From assembly GCA_944392675.1 (NCBI GenBank), contig CALXXK010000002.1:1-35765 (forward strand): a stretch of 35,765 nucleotides of DNA. Reading direction: 5' to 3'. Under the pieces are notes generated by a model. The model was given only the letters and a program-made list of their open reading frames with translations, was not told where the DNA came from and made no database searches. This DNA is from an uncultured Clostridia bacterium. GTDB lineage: Bacteria > Bacillota > Clostridia > TANB77 > CAG-508. Positions 26,435 through 35,743 of this stretch are shown one piece after another (position 1 is the stretch's first letter; every line of letters begins with the position of its first letter). Position numbers and translations under genes: made by a program.

Positions 26435-28552
26435 TTAATGTTTTAGTATTTTTTTCAAAAATCTTTTTATTCTACGTAAAAAGCGATAAATTGCTCCATG
26501 ATTATCTTGGTAAATTGGTTCTTGCTTTACTTGTTCTAAAGAAACTTCTTGTGATTCTTTACTTGCTTTAAATGGTTCTTTTTTATACATTTGTTTTAAT
26601 TCTGGAATATCTTTATAATCTGTTTCTAGCATATCTTTTACAGCTTTTAAAAATTGTTCAAATCCTCTTTCTAATGGAAAGTCTTTCATATAAGTTTGTC
26701 CAAATTCTGACATTTTTTTGCATTCTTCTGGGTTGTCTAATAAGTGGACAATTGCACTTGCTATTGCTTCTGGTGTTGGCTCTGCTAATAATACTCCTTC
26801 ATCTGGTAAATCATAAAGATTATTTTCTCTATATAATTCTACTACTGGAAGTCCTGCAGCCATCATTTCAAATGGTATTCTTGATGGGTTTGATGAACTC
26901 ATACAAATACCTACTTTACATTTATTGTATAATTTATTACATTCTTGTGTTGGAATTATATGCAAATTCTCACATTCGAATTCAAAATTAGCTTCTGCAC
27001 TAGAACCATATAAATATATTTTTACATCTGGTCTTAATGCTTTTACTAATTTTAAAGCTTTTAGACCTATAAAGTCACATCTTCTTGGTTTTTCTGGTTG
27101 ATATACAAAACAAATTGCATTTTCTTTTTCTACATTTTTTAGTGGTTTATATACATTTAAATCTGCTCCAAAATCAAAATATTGTGAAGGTGTGTTAAAT
27201 TCGTGTTGCATTTTGTATGATAACCATTTTCCTATTGTAACTGGTAAATATCCAAATCTATATGAATTTTCTGTAATAAGATATTGGTCTCCCATTGGGA
27301 AAAACCATGGTTCAAAATCTTGTATAAAATATGCCTTTTTCTTAGCTGGTAATTTTCTAACAAAATCTATTGTTTGCCATCCTGTTGCAAACATCAAATC
27401 ATAGTCTTTTTTAATGTCAAAACCTACATATACACCTGCATCACATTTTTCATACCAATTATTTATCTTGTCTTTAACCATTTGAGGTGTTGAAACTCCG
27501 TCTTCTTCTACATAAATGTCACATTCATATCCTGCTTTTAATAAAGCATTTACATTTTGAATTATAGTTCTATGTCCTCCTGAACCTTTTCCTGGATGTG
27601 GCATTACCCATGCTATTTTCTTTTTTCCATTATCTTTTTCCATATTTTCTCCTTTTTTTGGTAATAGTGGTCTCATAAGGTCTCTTCTCATTTCTTGTTT
27701 TTCTTTAATTTCTGGTGGTAATTCATATAAACTTGATATTTCATCCTGTATTTTACATATTTCATTATATTCTATTTCTGCTTTTACATCTGTACTTACT
27801 GAACTTCCATGCTTTCTATAATAATTTAAAGCATTTGTATTCCAACTTATTTTTCCGTCTTTTAAAATATTATAATAAATATACCAATCTCCTGCTACTT
27901 TAAAATTTCCCGCTTCTTCAAATATTTTTGAGTAATCTTTTTTCCTCCAAATAACACTTGATACGTTTAATATAGTATTTGTAACACTTAAATGTTTTAT
28001 AATTTCTTCTTTTCCTGTCCATATATATGACTTGTTCCATTCTCCTGTTCTACACATATCATACCAATCATCACATCTAGGGCGTATTAAATTATTTTCT
28101 CCATCTATTTTGGCTGATTCACAATAAGAAAGTACCATTTCTGGGTCATCAAATGGTTTTATTAATTCTTCTACAAAATTATTTGCCGCACTATCATCTG
28201 CTTCAGCTATCCATATAAAATCTCCTGTTGCCAAGTCAAATCCTTTTTTCCATTGTTTAAAAACACATCCTCCACTATTTTTTTCATTTATTACAAATTG
28301 TATTTTTAATTCTGGATAATCTTTTTTTATTTCTTCTATTTTTTTATTGATTACTTCTACGCTATTATCTGGTGAACAGTCATCTAAGATAATTAATTCA
28401 TATATTGGATATGTTTGTAATAGTATTGAATCTATTCTTTCTATTATATAATTTGCATAATTATAATTTGGTACTATTACACTTACTTTTTTTGGATTTT
28501 CAATTTTCAACTTTTTCTTTGGCTTTTTGTAGATATTAATTTTTTTATTCAT
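26435..28552 (-). CDS. Bifunctional glycosyltransferase with an N-terminal GT2 domain fused to a C-terminal GT-B (GT4/WsaF-like) domain; candidate chain-extending enzyme
   Basis: The N-terminus carries VSVIVPNYNYANYIIERIDSILLQTYPIYELIILDDCSPD and IAEADD. The C-terminal half begins KKKIAWVMPHPGKGSGGHRTI and continues to PFEMMAAGLPVV, the GT-B EX7E-region style. Confidence 0.7.
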   Translation of the reverse strand: MNKKINIYKKPKKKLKIENPKKVSVIVPNYNYANYIIERIDSILLQTYPIYELIILDDCSPDNSVEVINKKIEEIKKDYPELKIQFVINEKNSGGCVFKQWKKGFDLATGDFIWIAEADDSAANNFVEELIKPFDDPEMVLSYCESAKIDGENNLIRPRCDDWYDMCRTGEWNKSYIWTGKEEIIKHLSVTNTILNVSSVIWRKKDYSKIFEEAGNFKVAGDWYIYYNILKDGKISWNTNALNYYRKHGSSVSTDVKAEIEYNEICKIQDEISSLYELPPEIKEKQEMRRDLMRPLLPKKGENMEKDNGKKKIAWVMPHPGKGSGGHRTIIQNVNALLKAGYECDIYVEEDGVSTPQMVKDKINNWYEKCDAGVYVGFDIKKDYDLMFATGWQTIDFVRKLPAKKKAYFIQDFEPWFFPMGDQYLITENSYRFGYLPVTIGKWLSYKMQHEFNTPSQYFDFGADLNVYKPLKNVEKENAICFVYQPEKPRRCDFIGLKALKLVKALRPDVKIYLYGSSAEANFEFECENLHIIPTQECNKLYNKCKVGICMSSSNPSRIPFEMMAAGLPVVELYRENNLYDLPDEGVLLAEPTPEAIASAIVHLLDNPEECKKMSEFGQTYMKDFPLERGFEQFLKAVKDMLETDYKDIPELKQMYKKEPFKASKESQEVSLEQVKQEPIYQDNHGAIYRFLRRIKRFLKKILKH

Positions 28553-28625
28553 TTTATTACATCCTTCCTTTATTGCTAATCTAAATAATTTAGAAATCTC
28601 TTTAATTAATGCACTAAAAATTTTA

Positions 28626-30422
28626 TTAATTTCCCTTAATTATTTTTTTAATCTTTTTATAAATTCTACTAGAAAGTTTTTGTTCTATCATTTTTCTATA
28701 TTGTTCATACTCTTTTTGTATTTGTTCTTTTTCTTTTTGTAGATTATCTATTGCTCCTTGTTGTGCTTTGTTTCTAATATTTAGATTTATTACTTCTTGT
28801 ATTGTGCTATCTATATCAAAATATTTATTTTGACTATAAAAAGTCCACATTTTTTCATCTCTTACTTTTTCTTGCATTTTATTATCTAACTTTTCAAATA
28901 ATATTCTGTATTTTTGTAAATCATATTTTTCAAACCATTCTTCAATATTTATAAATCTTCTTAAAGAAATTGTATATAAAATTGAACGATATAATATATA
29001 TTCTGTTGGTAAATCATCTTCAGCCCATTCTTGGTCGAAAAAGTATAATTCTCCATCAATATAAAAGCAGTTTTTAAATGTCATATCCCATAATCCTCGT
29101 TTTTGAAAATGAAGGTTTTTTATTATCTCTTTATCTTCTGCTTCTATTCCATATTTTCCAAAAACAGTTTTTTCATAATTTTGTTCTTGATATGAATTAA
29201 TGTTTAAAGTTTGAATATATTGATTCATAACATTTTCTACTTGTTCTAAATTATTCTCTTCTAAAGCTTTAGTTATTACATTGTTTAATAATAATTCTTG
29301 ATTTATATATTTACTTTGAATTTTTCCATCTATTTCATAATCAACTGTTTTGATGTCTTTATTTTGTAATTGCCTTATATTTTCTTTTATGTTTTCATAA
29401 TGTTCATTCGCTTGTTGGTTTACTACTTCTTTTTCTACATATTCATCTGCTATTTTTGTAATAAGCCTATATTCTTGTTTTCTCATATTATTAAACGATA
29501 TATATTTATATTTAATTGGTTCTAATTTTTTACTTGCTTCTACTAAGAATGAATTTGTAAAAAATGTAAACATTTCTTCATTATTCTTTAGTATTTCTCT
29601 AAATACATCTATTTCATTCATTATAATTGTTGAATTTTCTAGATAATATGGATTGTATTTATCTACACTATTATATTTTGGCAATTGCTTGTCTGTAAAT
29701 ATTACATTTGGTAATTTATAATCTGGAAGAGGATAATAAAAATTTGTATTATATCCTATTTCTTTTAGTTTTCTTTCTAATCTTGATTTTGTAAATGTTT
29801 CTATCTTTTCTGGTTCATTATTGTATCCTATAATACTTTCGAACTTTTTATTTAATATATTTTCTGGGTTTCCTACGAAATATCTTAAGCCAAATTTATT
29901 ATCTACAGCTATTAAAAATTTTCCATTTTCTGATAAAAACTTTTCTAACTTTTGTATCATTTGGTTTAATTTCATATCTTGCCCCATTATTTCTTTTACT
30001 CTAGGTACACTTCCTATTAAAATAATATAATCAAATTTCTTCTCTAGTTGTATTTTAGAAAAGTTACCAACAATTATTTCTAAATTTTGTGCATCTTTAT
30101 ATCTTTTACTAATTGTCTTTGCCTTTTCTAAATTGGGTTCAATTGTTGTAACTTCTTTGCATTTGTTTATAAACACTTCTGTTAAATTTCCTAAATTTCC
30201 TCCTATTTCTAGTACTGTATCTTTTTCTTTAAATGGATACCAATTTAATATGTTTTGGCTACTACTAGATAAATGATAAATTTCTTGAGCTGTTATTTTT
30301 TCTGAAAATTGATTTTCATAGTCTCTATTTTCATATTGTTCAATATATTTATCTATGATTTCTTGTTCACTATTAGAAATTTTTTCTTCTTTTTTTTCAT
30401 AAAATTCTGTATTGAATATCAA
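28626..30422 (-). CDS. Class I SAM-dependent methyltransferase fused to a kinase-like domain and a C-terminal coiled coil (WbdD-like architecture)
   Basis: Motif I is VLEIGGNLGNL, followed by IEPN and DYIILIGS. Later GLWDMTFKNCFYIDGELYFFDQEW resembles a Dx4N catalytic loop plus a D-x-E metal loop. The tail is heptad-like and K/E/Q-rich (NLQKEKEQIQKEYEQYRKMIEQK). The start codon is TTG, with AAAGGGGA 7 nt upstream. Confidence 0.65.
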   Translation of the reverse strand: MIFNTEFYEKKEEKISNSEQEIIDKYIEQYENRDYENQFSEKITAQEIYHLSSSSQNILNWYPFKEKDTVLEIGGNLGNLTEVFINKCKEVTTIEPNLEKAKTISKRYKDAQNLEIIVGNFSKIQLEKKFDYIILIGSVPRVKEIMGQDMKLNQMIQKLEKFLSENGKFLIAVDNKFGLRYFVGNPENILNKKFESIIGYNNEPEKIETFTKSRLERKLKEIGYNTNFYYPLPDYKLPNVIFTDKQLPKYNSVDKYNPYYLENSTIIMNEIDVFREILKNNEEMFTFFTNSFLVEASKKLEPIKYKYISFNNMRKQEYRLITKIADEYVEKEVVNQQANEHYENIKENIRQLQNKDIKTVDYEIDGKIQSKYINQELLLNNVITKALEENNLEQVENVMNQYIQTLNINSYQEQNYEKTVFGKYGIEAEDKEIIKNLHFQKRGLWDMTFKNCFYIDGELYFFDQEWAEDDLPTEYILYRSILYTISLRRFINIEEWFEKYDLQKYRILFEKLDNKMQEKVRDEKMWTFYSQNKYFDIDSTIQEVINLNIRNKAQQGAIDNLQKEKEQIQKEYEQYRKMIEQKLSSRIYKKIKKIIKGN

Positions 30423-30440
30423 AATAACATCCCCTTTCTT

Positions 30441-31355
30441 TTACCAGACTTTAATAGTAATATCTCCATCTTTTTCTATTATATTTTGTTTTACTCCTAA
30501 GTTTTCTATCCATTTTCTAGTTGTTTTTGTTAACCATGGTCCTGTGTCTTCACCTTGTCCTGCATCATTTGCCCATAACCAGTCTGGTGTCGGCCACATA
30601 CATATTTTAGGTTCTACTATTTTATAAAATTCTTCATTTACTCCATTTTGACCGTGATGTGCCATTTGCACTATATCTGCTTTTAATTTTTCTTTTGAAT
30701 TGTTTTCTATTAATTTTTTTTGGCTTTCTTCTGCTGTATCTCCTAAAAATAGAATTTTTTTATTATTAATTTGCATTTTTATTACCATACTAGAATTATT
30801 AACAGGTTTATTATCTATTTCAGGATTTTTTATACCTAATATTTCACAATTTATATTATCTATTTGTATATTTTGGTGTAATGAAACTTCTTGAACATTT
30901 TCTTTTATTCTATCATTTTCAATAGCATTAAAAAAATCTTTAAATTCTTGTGCTCTTTGAGGTTCTTTTTCTATGTACCATTCTAAATTATTTAATGTTA
31001 CATATATTTTGTCTATTTGAATATCAGTATTGTTTATAATATCAATAATAGCACTTGCATGATCTTGATGAGGATGCGTGATAAACCATGCATCTACTTT
31101 GTTTTTATCATTTTTAATATAATTTATTAAATTTTCAGTATCTTCATGTGTTCCTCCATCAATTATAATTGTTTTATCATTTTTCGTTTTTATAATATAT
31201 CCCATCATTTGGCTATGTCCATTGTTTTTTAATTGTGTTAATTGTATAGCATTTGTATATGGTATATATATTAATAAAATAATTAAAAATATTGCTATTA
31301 GTATTATAATACTTATATATTTTTTTAGATTCTTATTTGATGTTTTATTTTTCAT
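30441..31355 (-). CDS. Membrane-anchored or secreted MBL-fold metallo-hydrolase (ComEC C-terminal domain-like)
   Basis: It has the N-terminal anchor YISIIILIAIFLIILLIYI. THPHQDH (HxHxDH), LGDT and MAHHG are present. The start overlaps the Wzt-like gene by 11 nt. RBS is GGAGA. Confidence 0.75.
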   Translation of the reverse strand: MKNKTSNKNLKKYISIIILIAIFLIILLIYIPYTNAIQLTQLKNNGHSQMMGYIIKTKNDKTIIIDGGTHEDTENLINYIKNDKNKVDAWFITHPHQDHASAIIDIINNTDIQIDKIYVTLNNLEWYIEKEPQRAQEFKDFFNAIENDRIKENVQEVSLHQNIQIDNINCEILGIKNPEIDNKPVNNSSMVIKMQINNKKILFLGDTAEESQKKLIENNSKEKLKADIVQMAHHGQNGVNEEFYKIVEPKICMWPTPDWLWANDAGQGEDTGPWLTKTTRKWIENLGVKQNIIEKDGDITIKVW

Positions 31356-32700
31356 TTAAATCTCCATTTACTTTTTCTATTTTTATGTCTGAATCTATTC
31401 TCATTAGTCCTACAGTGTCTTTCATAGATAATACTTCTATTAATAAAGCATCATATTTTCTATTTAATACTTCTAATTCTCCTCTATGGTTGAAATGTGT
31501 ACAACTAAATGATAAAGTATATTTTCCTGGAGCTACATTTATTACTTGTTTAAATTCAACTGTTACTATATCTCCTTTTTTGAAATCACCTGTTGCTATT
31601 TTTTCTATTAATGTGTTTGTTCCTGCCATTTCTAAACCTTTAAAATCTTTTACAGTCATAGTAAAAATTGGTTCTTTAACATCTTTTTTAAACATTATTT
31701 TTGATTTTAGAACTACTTTTTTATCATTTTCTACTACAGAAATATAATTTCCATCTTCGTCAAAGACTCCATAGTCAATAACTTCTGCGTCTCCATTACC
31801 ATAGTCAATTACATTTGGATTTTCATTAAAGTGCGTTTTCCATAAACTGTCTTTGTTATTATCTTCTTTTTTGAAATTAGGATTTTTCTTCATTAATTCA
31901 TCATCTGTTAAAATTCCTTCTTTACTTTGTTTTTCATCAAGACCTACTATTATTTTTTTGTATTTTTCTACTCCTTCTTTTACACCGCCATCAAATATCT
32001 TTCTTCCTGAATCTATAATTATTGTTCTTGTACAGTTTCTTAATACATCTGTTATACTATGTGTAACAAATAAAATTGTTTTTCCTTTTTCTTTAAATTG
32101 TTGGAACTTTTTAAAACATTTTAACTGGAATGCCATGTCTCCTACCGACAAAACTTCATCTACTATTAATATGTCTGGGTCAACGTTTATTGCACATGCA
32201 AATGCTAATCTTGCAAACATTCCTGATGAATATGTTTTTACTGGTTGATGTAAATGATCTCCTATATCTGCAAAATCAATAATTTCTTGTTCTTTTTCTT
32301 TTATTTCCTTATTTGTTAACCCCATTACTTGTCCATGTTGATAAATATTTTCTATTCCCGTTAACTCTGGATTAAATGCTGTCCCTAATTCTAATAATGA
32401 ACTTATTTTTCCATTTGCCTTTATTGTTCCAGCTGTTGGGGTAACAACACCTGTTATCATTTTTAGTAATGTAGATTTTCCAGCTCCATTTTTTCCTAAT
32501 ATTCCTAGGACTTCTCCTCTTCTTACTTCTAAATTAAAATCATGCATAGCTTCAAATACTCCATGCCTTTGAACAGCTGGAAATATTGTTTCTATAATTC
32601 TATCTTTTTTTCTATGAAACATTTTATATGATTTAGAAAGATGTTCTATTTTTAAAGCTATATCTTTTTCTTCTATCTTTTCTTTATTTTCTTCGTTCAT
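31345..32700 (-). CDS. Polysaccharide ABC exporter ATP-binding protein (Wzt/TagH/RgpD-like) with a C-terminal carbohydrate-binding-type extension
   Basis: Walker A is GKNGAGKST, the signature is YSSGMFARLAF and Walker B is ILIVDEVLSVGD. A ~190-aa beta-rich C-terminal extension resembles Wzt_C. I chose the start at MNEENK (ATG at 32700) with AAAGGAGAA 8 nt upstream. The ORF-track start at 32721 is a GTG inside that RBS region. Confidence 0.85.
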   Translation of the reverse strand: MNEENKEKIEEKDIALKIEHLSKSYKMFHRKKDRIIETIFPAVQRHGVFEAMHDFNLEVRRGEVLGILGKNGAGKSTLLKMITGVVTPTAGTIKANGKISSLLELGTAFNPELTGIENIYQHGQVMGLTNKEIKEKEQEIIDFADIGDHLHQPVKTYSSGMFARLAFACAINVDPDILIVDEVLSVGDMAFQLKCFKKFQQFKEKGKTILFVTHSITDVLRNCTRTIIIDSGRKIFDGGVKEGVEKYKKIIVGLDEKQSKEGILTDDELMKKNPNFKKEDNNKDSLWKTHFNENPNVIDYGNGDAEVIDYGVFDEDGNYISVVENDKKVVLKSKIMFKKDVKEPIFTMTVKDFKGLEMAGTNTLIEKIATGDFKKGDIVTVEFKQVINVAPGKYTLSFSCTHFNHRGELEVLNRKYDALLIEVLSMKDTVGLMRIDSDIKIEKVNGDLNEK

Positions 32701-32746
32701 AGTGTTTTTTCTCCTTTTCACTTATTGTTTGATTATATTTGTTTCA

Positions 32747-33538
32747 TTACAATACATCTGCAAAATCTTTTTTATTCTTTTTGAATATATAATTTCCCCA
32801 AACAAATATGCCTATTGTGATTACCCAGAATATTATTGTGTATATACCATGTCCTTGTGTTACAATATTTCCTCCCATAAAGCAATTCCTAAATCCAGTT
32901 ACTAGATACGTGAAAGGTATGCATTCTAATACCTTTAGTATTGTGTTGTGACCTGCAAGCATTGATAAATCCCATACTATTGGTGTAAACCAGAAAAATA
33001 ATTGCATAACTATTCCTAATAAGTTAATAAAATCTGGTACTAATGTTGCTATTGCTGACGTAAACCTTGTTACAGCAATTAAAAAACAATAAGCTGCGAA
33101 TATCATATATATAACCATCAAAATATTAGGTATAAAATGATATACTATACAAACAGCTGATGCTATAATAAATAAAAATATTGCAACAAATGAATTTGAT
33201 AATAAAGAAATAATTGGTATTGTATTAACTGGAAATACCACTTTTTTTACTAAATAACTATATGCTCTAATTGAACCACTTGCACCTATTATACCATCAT
33301 TTAGGCACATCCACATTGCCATTCCTGGCATAAACCATACTACATAAGGTGCTCCTTCTGGACCAGATTGTTTGAATATAAATTGGAAAACAATTACATA
33401 CATGATCATAAAAATAAATGGTTGTAAGAATCCCCATATACTGCCTAAACTTGTACTGGCAAATCTATTTTTAAAATCATTTTTTCCTAAACTCCATATC
33501 ATTTTTCTATTTTTTATTATATCTTTTATAAATCCCAT
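32747..33538 (-). CDS. Polysaccharide ABC exporter permease (ABC-2 type; Wzm/TagG/RgpC-like)
   Basis: The 263-aa protein has about 6 TM segments. Its N-terminus, LGKNDFKNRFASTSLGSIWGFLQP, is typical of ABC-2 glycan exporters. The GGAGG RBS sits 7 nt upstream, and the gene is adjacent to the ATPase gene. Confidence 0.85.
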   Translation of the reverse strand: MGFIKDIIKNRKMIWSLGKNDFKNRFASTSLGSIWGFLQPFIFMIMYVIVFQFIFKQSGPEGAPYVVWFMPGMAMWMCLNDGIIGASGSIRAYSYLVKKVVFPVNTIPIISLLSNSFVAIFLFIIASAVCIVYHFIPNILMVIYMIFAAYCFLIAVTRFTSAIATLVPDFINLLGIVMQLFFWFTPIVWDLSMLAGHNTILKVLECIPFTYLVTGFRNCFMGGNIVTQGHGIYTIIFWVITIGIFVWGNYIFKKNKKDFADVL

Positions 33539-33551
33539 GTTTTTGCCTCCG

Positions 33552-34544
33552 TCATCTTTTCCTCATTATTTTTAATATTAAATGTCTGATTTTAAATAAA
33601 CCTTTACCAAGTAATGGTAAATTCATAATTATAAAATTTTCTATATAATACATAGCAGTTTCTGTTTTATATAATTCATGAAATATATTCCAATTTCTAA
33701 AATTAAAGTTTTTCTTTGTTTGTATCATTTTATAATAATTATAAGCTTTTTTATTTAGTTCTTGTATTGCCTCTGGAAATTTTTCATTATGCTTTACATA
33801 TGTGCCAAATACTCCTAATTTTACATTTATAAATAATTCTCTTACCTGTTTTAATTGTGTGAATTTATGAGATATTTTGTCTGTTCCTACTTGATTATTT
33901 CCATGTTGTCTATATTTTATATATCTTTCTGGCATATATGCTAATTTTCCAGAACATCCTATTATTATTCCTATCCAATGGTCATGTATTAAATATTTTG
34001 AATCTACTGGAATCGGTATTATTTTTTCTATCCATTCTTTTTTTGATATAGTTGTACATCCTGTTACACAATTATATAAATAATTTACTTTGTAACTATT
34101 TATATATTTTTTTATCTTTTTATCTAATTTCATAAATTTATTAAATGATGGATATATTGTTTTTAAGTTTTCATCAACAACTTCAAGGTCACCAAAAACT
34201 AAATCAGCATTTTCATTTTTTATTTTTTCTACTGATTTTTCTATCTTTTCAGGTAACCAAATATCATCTTGATCTGATAACATATATAAGTCATTTTTTA
34301 CTTGATTCAATAAATATTCAAAATTCTTTACATATCCTAAGTTTTTTTCTTGGTAATGAATTTCTACTTTTGGATTATTTTCATATTGTTTCAATACTTC
34401 ACGTGTATTGTCTTTAGAACAATCATCTGATATTACTAATCTTATATTAGAATATGTTTGATTAAGTATACTTTCTATTTGTTCTTTTACATATTTTTCT
34501 CCATTATATGTTGCAAGTAAAACATCAATTTGGCTTTTTTCCAT
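33552..34544 (-). CDS. GT2 glycosyltransferase, RgpB/WbbL-type (probable rhamnosyltransferase)
   Basis: IDVLLATYNGEKYVKEQIESILNQTYSNIRLVISDDCSKDNT and SDQDDIW are present. I chose the start at MEKSQ (ATG at 34544) with GGGTGA 8 nt upstream. The ORF-track alternative is 34562. Confidence 0.78.
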   Translation of the reverse strand: MEKSQIDVLLATYNGEKYVKEQIESILNQTYSNIRLVISDDCSKDNTREVLKQYENNPKVEIHYQEKNLGYVKNFEYLLNQVKNDLYMLSDQDDIWLPEKIEKSVEKIKNENADLVFGDLEVVDENLKTIYPSFNKFMKLDKKIKKYINSYKVNYLYNCVTGCTTISKKEWIEKIIPIPVDSKYLIHDHWIGIIIGCSGKLAYMPERYIKYRQHGNNQVGTDKISHKFTQLKQVRELFINVKLGVFGTYVKHNEKFPEAIQELNKKAYNYYKMIQTKKNFNFRNWNIFHELYKTETAMYYIENFIIMNLPLLGKGLFKIRHLILKIMRKR

Positions 34545-34632
34545 AAAATAATTCACCCACATTTTTTATGTTCTATTCTCGCTTATTCTACATTTAAATT
34601 GCTATTTTGTCAATATCTATTCATCCTTGTTA

Positions 34633-35628
34633 TTATTTATAAACTAGGTAACCTAAAATAGGAAAATGAAAAATTACAAATTCCTTTACCATCTTTTTTA
34701 ACAAATTTTTACCTGCTAAAAATTTAAAATATTTAATAAAATGAAAATTTATATATTTAGATTGTTCTAACTTTTCGTAATATTTAATCAAATTTTCTAA
34801 AAATTGTTTATTTTTTTCATCCTTACTATAAGAAATACACATTTTAGCACCATCTAAATATGCCATATCAATGACTTTTTCTTTTCTATATTTTAAATAC
34901 GAACCATAACTTTTTCCATTCTTTTCTTTCCATTTAGCTAAATTTTGAGCCAAACTTCTTCCTCCAAAAACATTTGAATTGTGTAATCTATATTGTAATA
35001 AAGGTTCTTCTACATAAGCTATCCCTTTATTTTCATTTGCAATAAATGCCGCTAACCAATCATGTGCCATAACATTTTCTTTGAATGGAAGCATTCTTTC
35101 TTTAACTTCTTTTGTAAATATCTGAGAACATCCTATTCCTATACAACGTGATATTGCTAAATGACTTTTATTATTTATAAGTGGTACATTTTTGTATTTA
35201 AAATAATTTTCATGTATAACTTTTCCATTTTCATCTATTTGTTTTGCATTACAATATACTAAATCTACATTTTTTTCTTTTAATTTTTTTAGACTTACCT
35301 CTACTTTATTTTCATACCAAATATCATCATGGTCTGAAAACATAATATAGTTCGATTTTGATTTTTGTAATAAAAATTCAAAATTTTTTATATATCCAAT
35401 ATTTTTTTCCTGAAAAAATATTATTATTCTGTTGTCTCTTTTTTGATATTCTTCTAAGATTTCTTTAATTTGGCTAGATGTTTCTGAATAATCATCACTT
35501 ATTATTAATTTTATCTCTTTATATGTTTGATTTAATATACTATCTATTTGTTCTTTTAAATATATTGGGTTTGTATTATATGTTGCTAATAAAATATCTA
35601 CTGTTTCTTTCAATATTGTTTCCCCCAT
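34633..35628 (-). CDS. GT2 glycosyltransferase, RgpB/WbbL-type (probable rhamnosyltransferase); first gene after a promoter
   Basis: VDILLATYNTNPIYLKEQIDSILNQTYKEIKLIISDDYS and SDHDDIW are present. It is a paralogue of the genes at 33552 and 19040. Confidence 0.78.
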   Translation of the reverse strand: MGETILKETVDILLATYNTNPIYLKEQIDSILNQTYKEIKLIISDDYSETSSQIKEILEEYQKRDNRIIIFFQEKNIGYIKNFEFLLQKSKSNYIMFSDHDDIWYENKVEVSLKKLKEKNVDLVYCNAKQIDENGKVIHENYFKYKNVPLINNKSHLAISRCIGIGCSQIFTKEVKERMLPFKENVMAHDWLAAFIANENKGIAYVEEPLLQYRLHNSNVFGGRSLAQNLAKWKEKNGKSYGSYLKYRKEKVIDMAYLDGAKMCISYSKDEKNKQFLENLIKYYEKLEQSKYINFHFIKYFKFLAGKNLLKKMVKEFVIFHFPILGYLVYK

Positions 35629-35651
35629 TCTTTTGCCATTTTAATATAATT

Positions 35652-35680
35652 ATAATACTTATTTTTTTGTATTTTGTCAA
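35652..35680 (-). promoter_or_regulatory. Near-consensus sigma-A promoter (TTGACA-17 nt-TATTAT) reading into the gene cluster
   Basis: On the minus strand there is an exact TTGACA (35675..35680), a 17-nt spacer, then TATTAT (35652..35657) overlapping TATAAT. It lies about 24 nt upstream of the ATG at 35628. Confidence 0.5.
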
Positions 35681-35691
35681 CTTTTTTAAAA

Positions 35692-35743
35692 GGGGACGTT
35701 CCTTCAATCCCTAATTTTCGGGATAATGGGGACGAACCTTCAA
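35692..35743. promoter_or_regulatory. Two 16-nt direct repeats (14/16 identical), 36 bp apart, just upstream of the -35 box; candidate regulator binding sites
   Basis: The repeats are GGGGACGTTCCTTCAA (35692..35707) and GGGGACGAACCTTCAA (35728..35743). They are relatively GC-rich compared with their surroundings. Confidence 0.4.

Noticed and set aside
30400-30407. Homopolymer tracts (an A8/T8 run at codons 9-11 of the methyltransferase, and similar 7-8 nt runs at about 5231, 25946 and 17704) as slipped-strand phase-variation switches.
   Set aside because: Runs of 7-8 A/T are expected by chance at this base composition and encode ordinary Lys/Phe codons. None exceeds 8 nt, and there is no evidence of frameshifted variants in the sequence.
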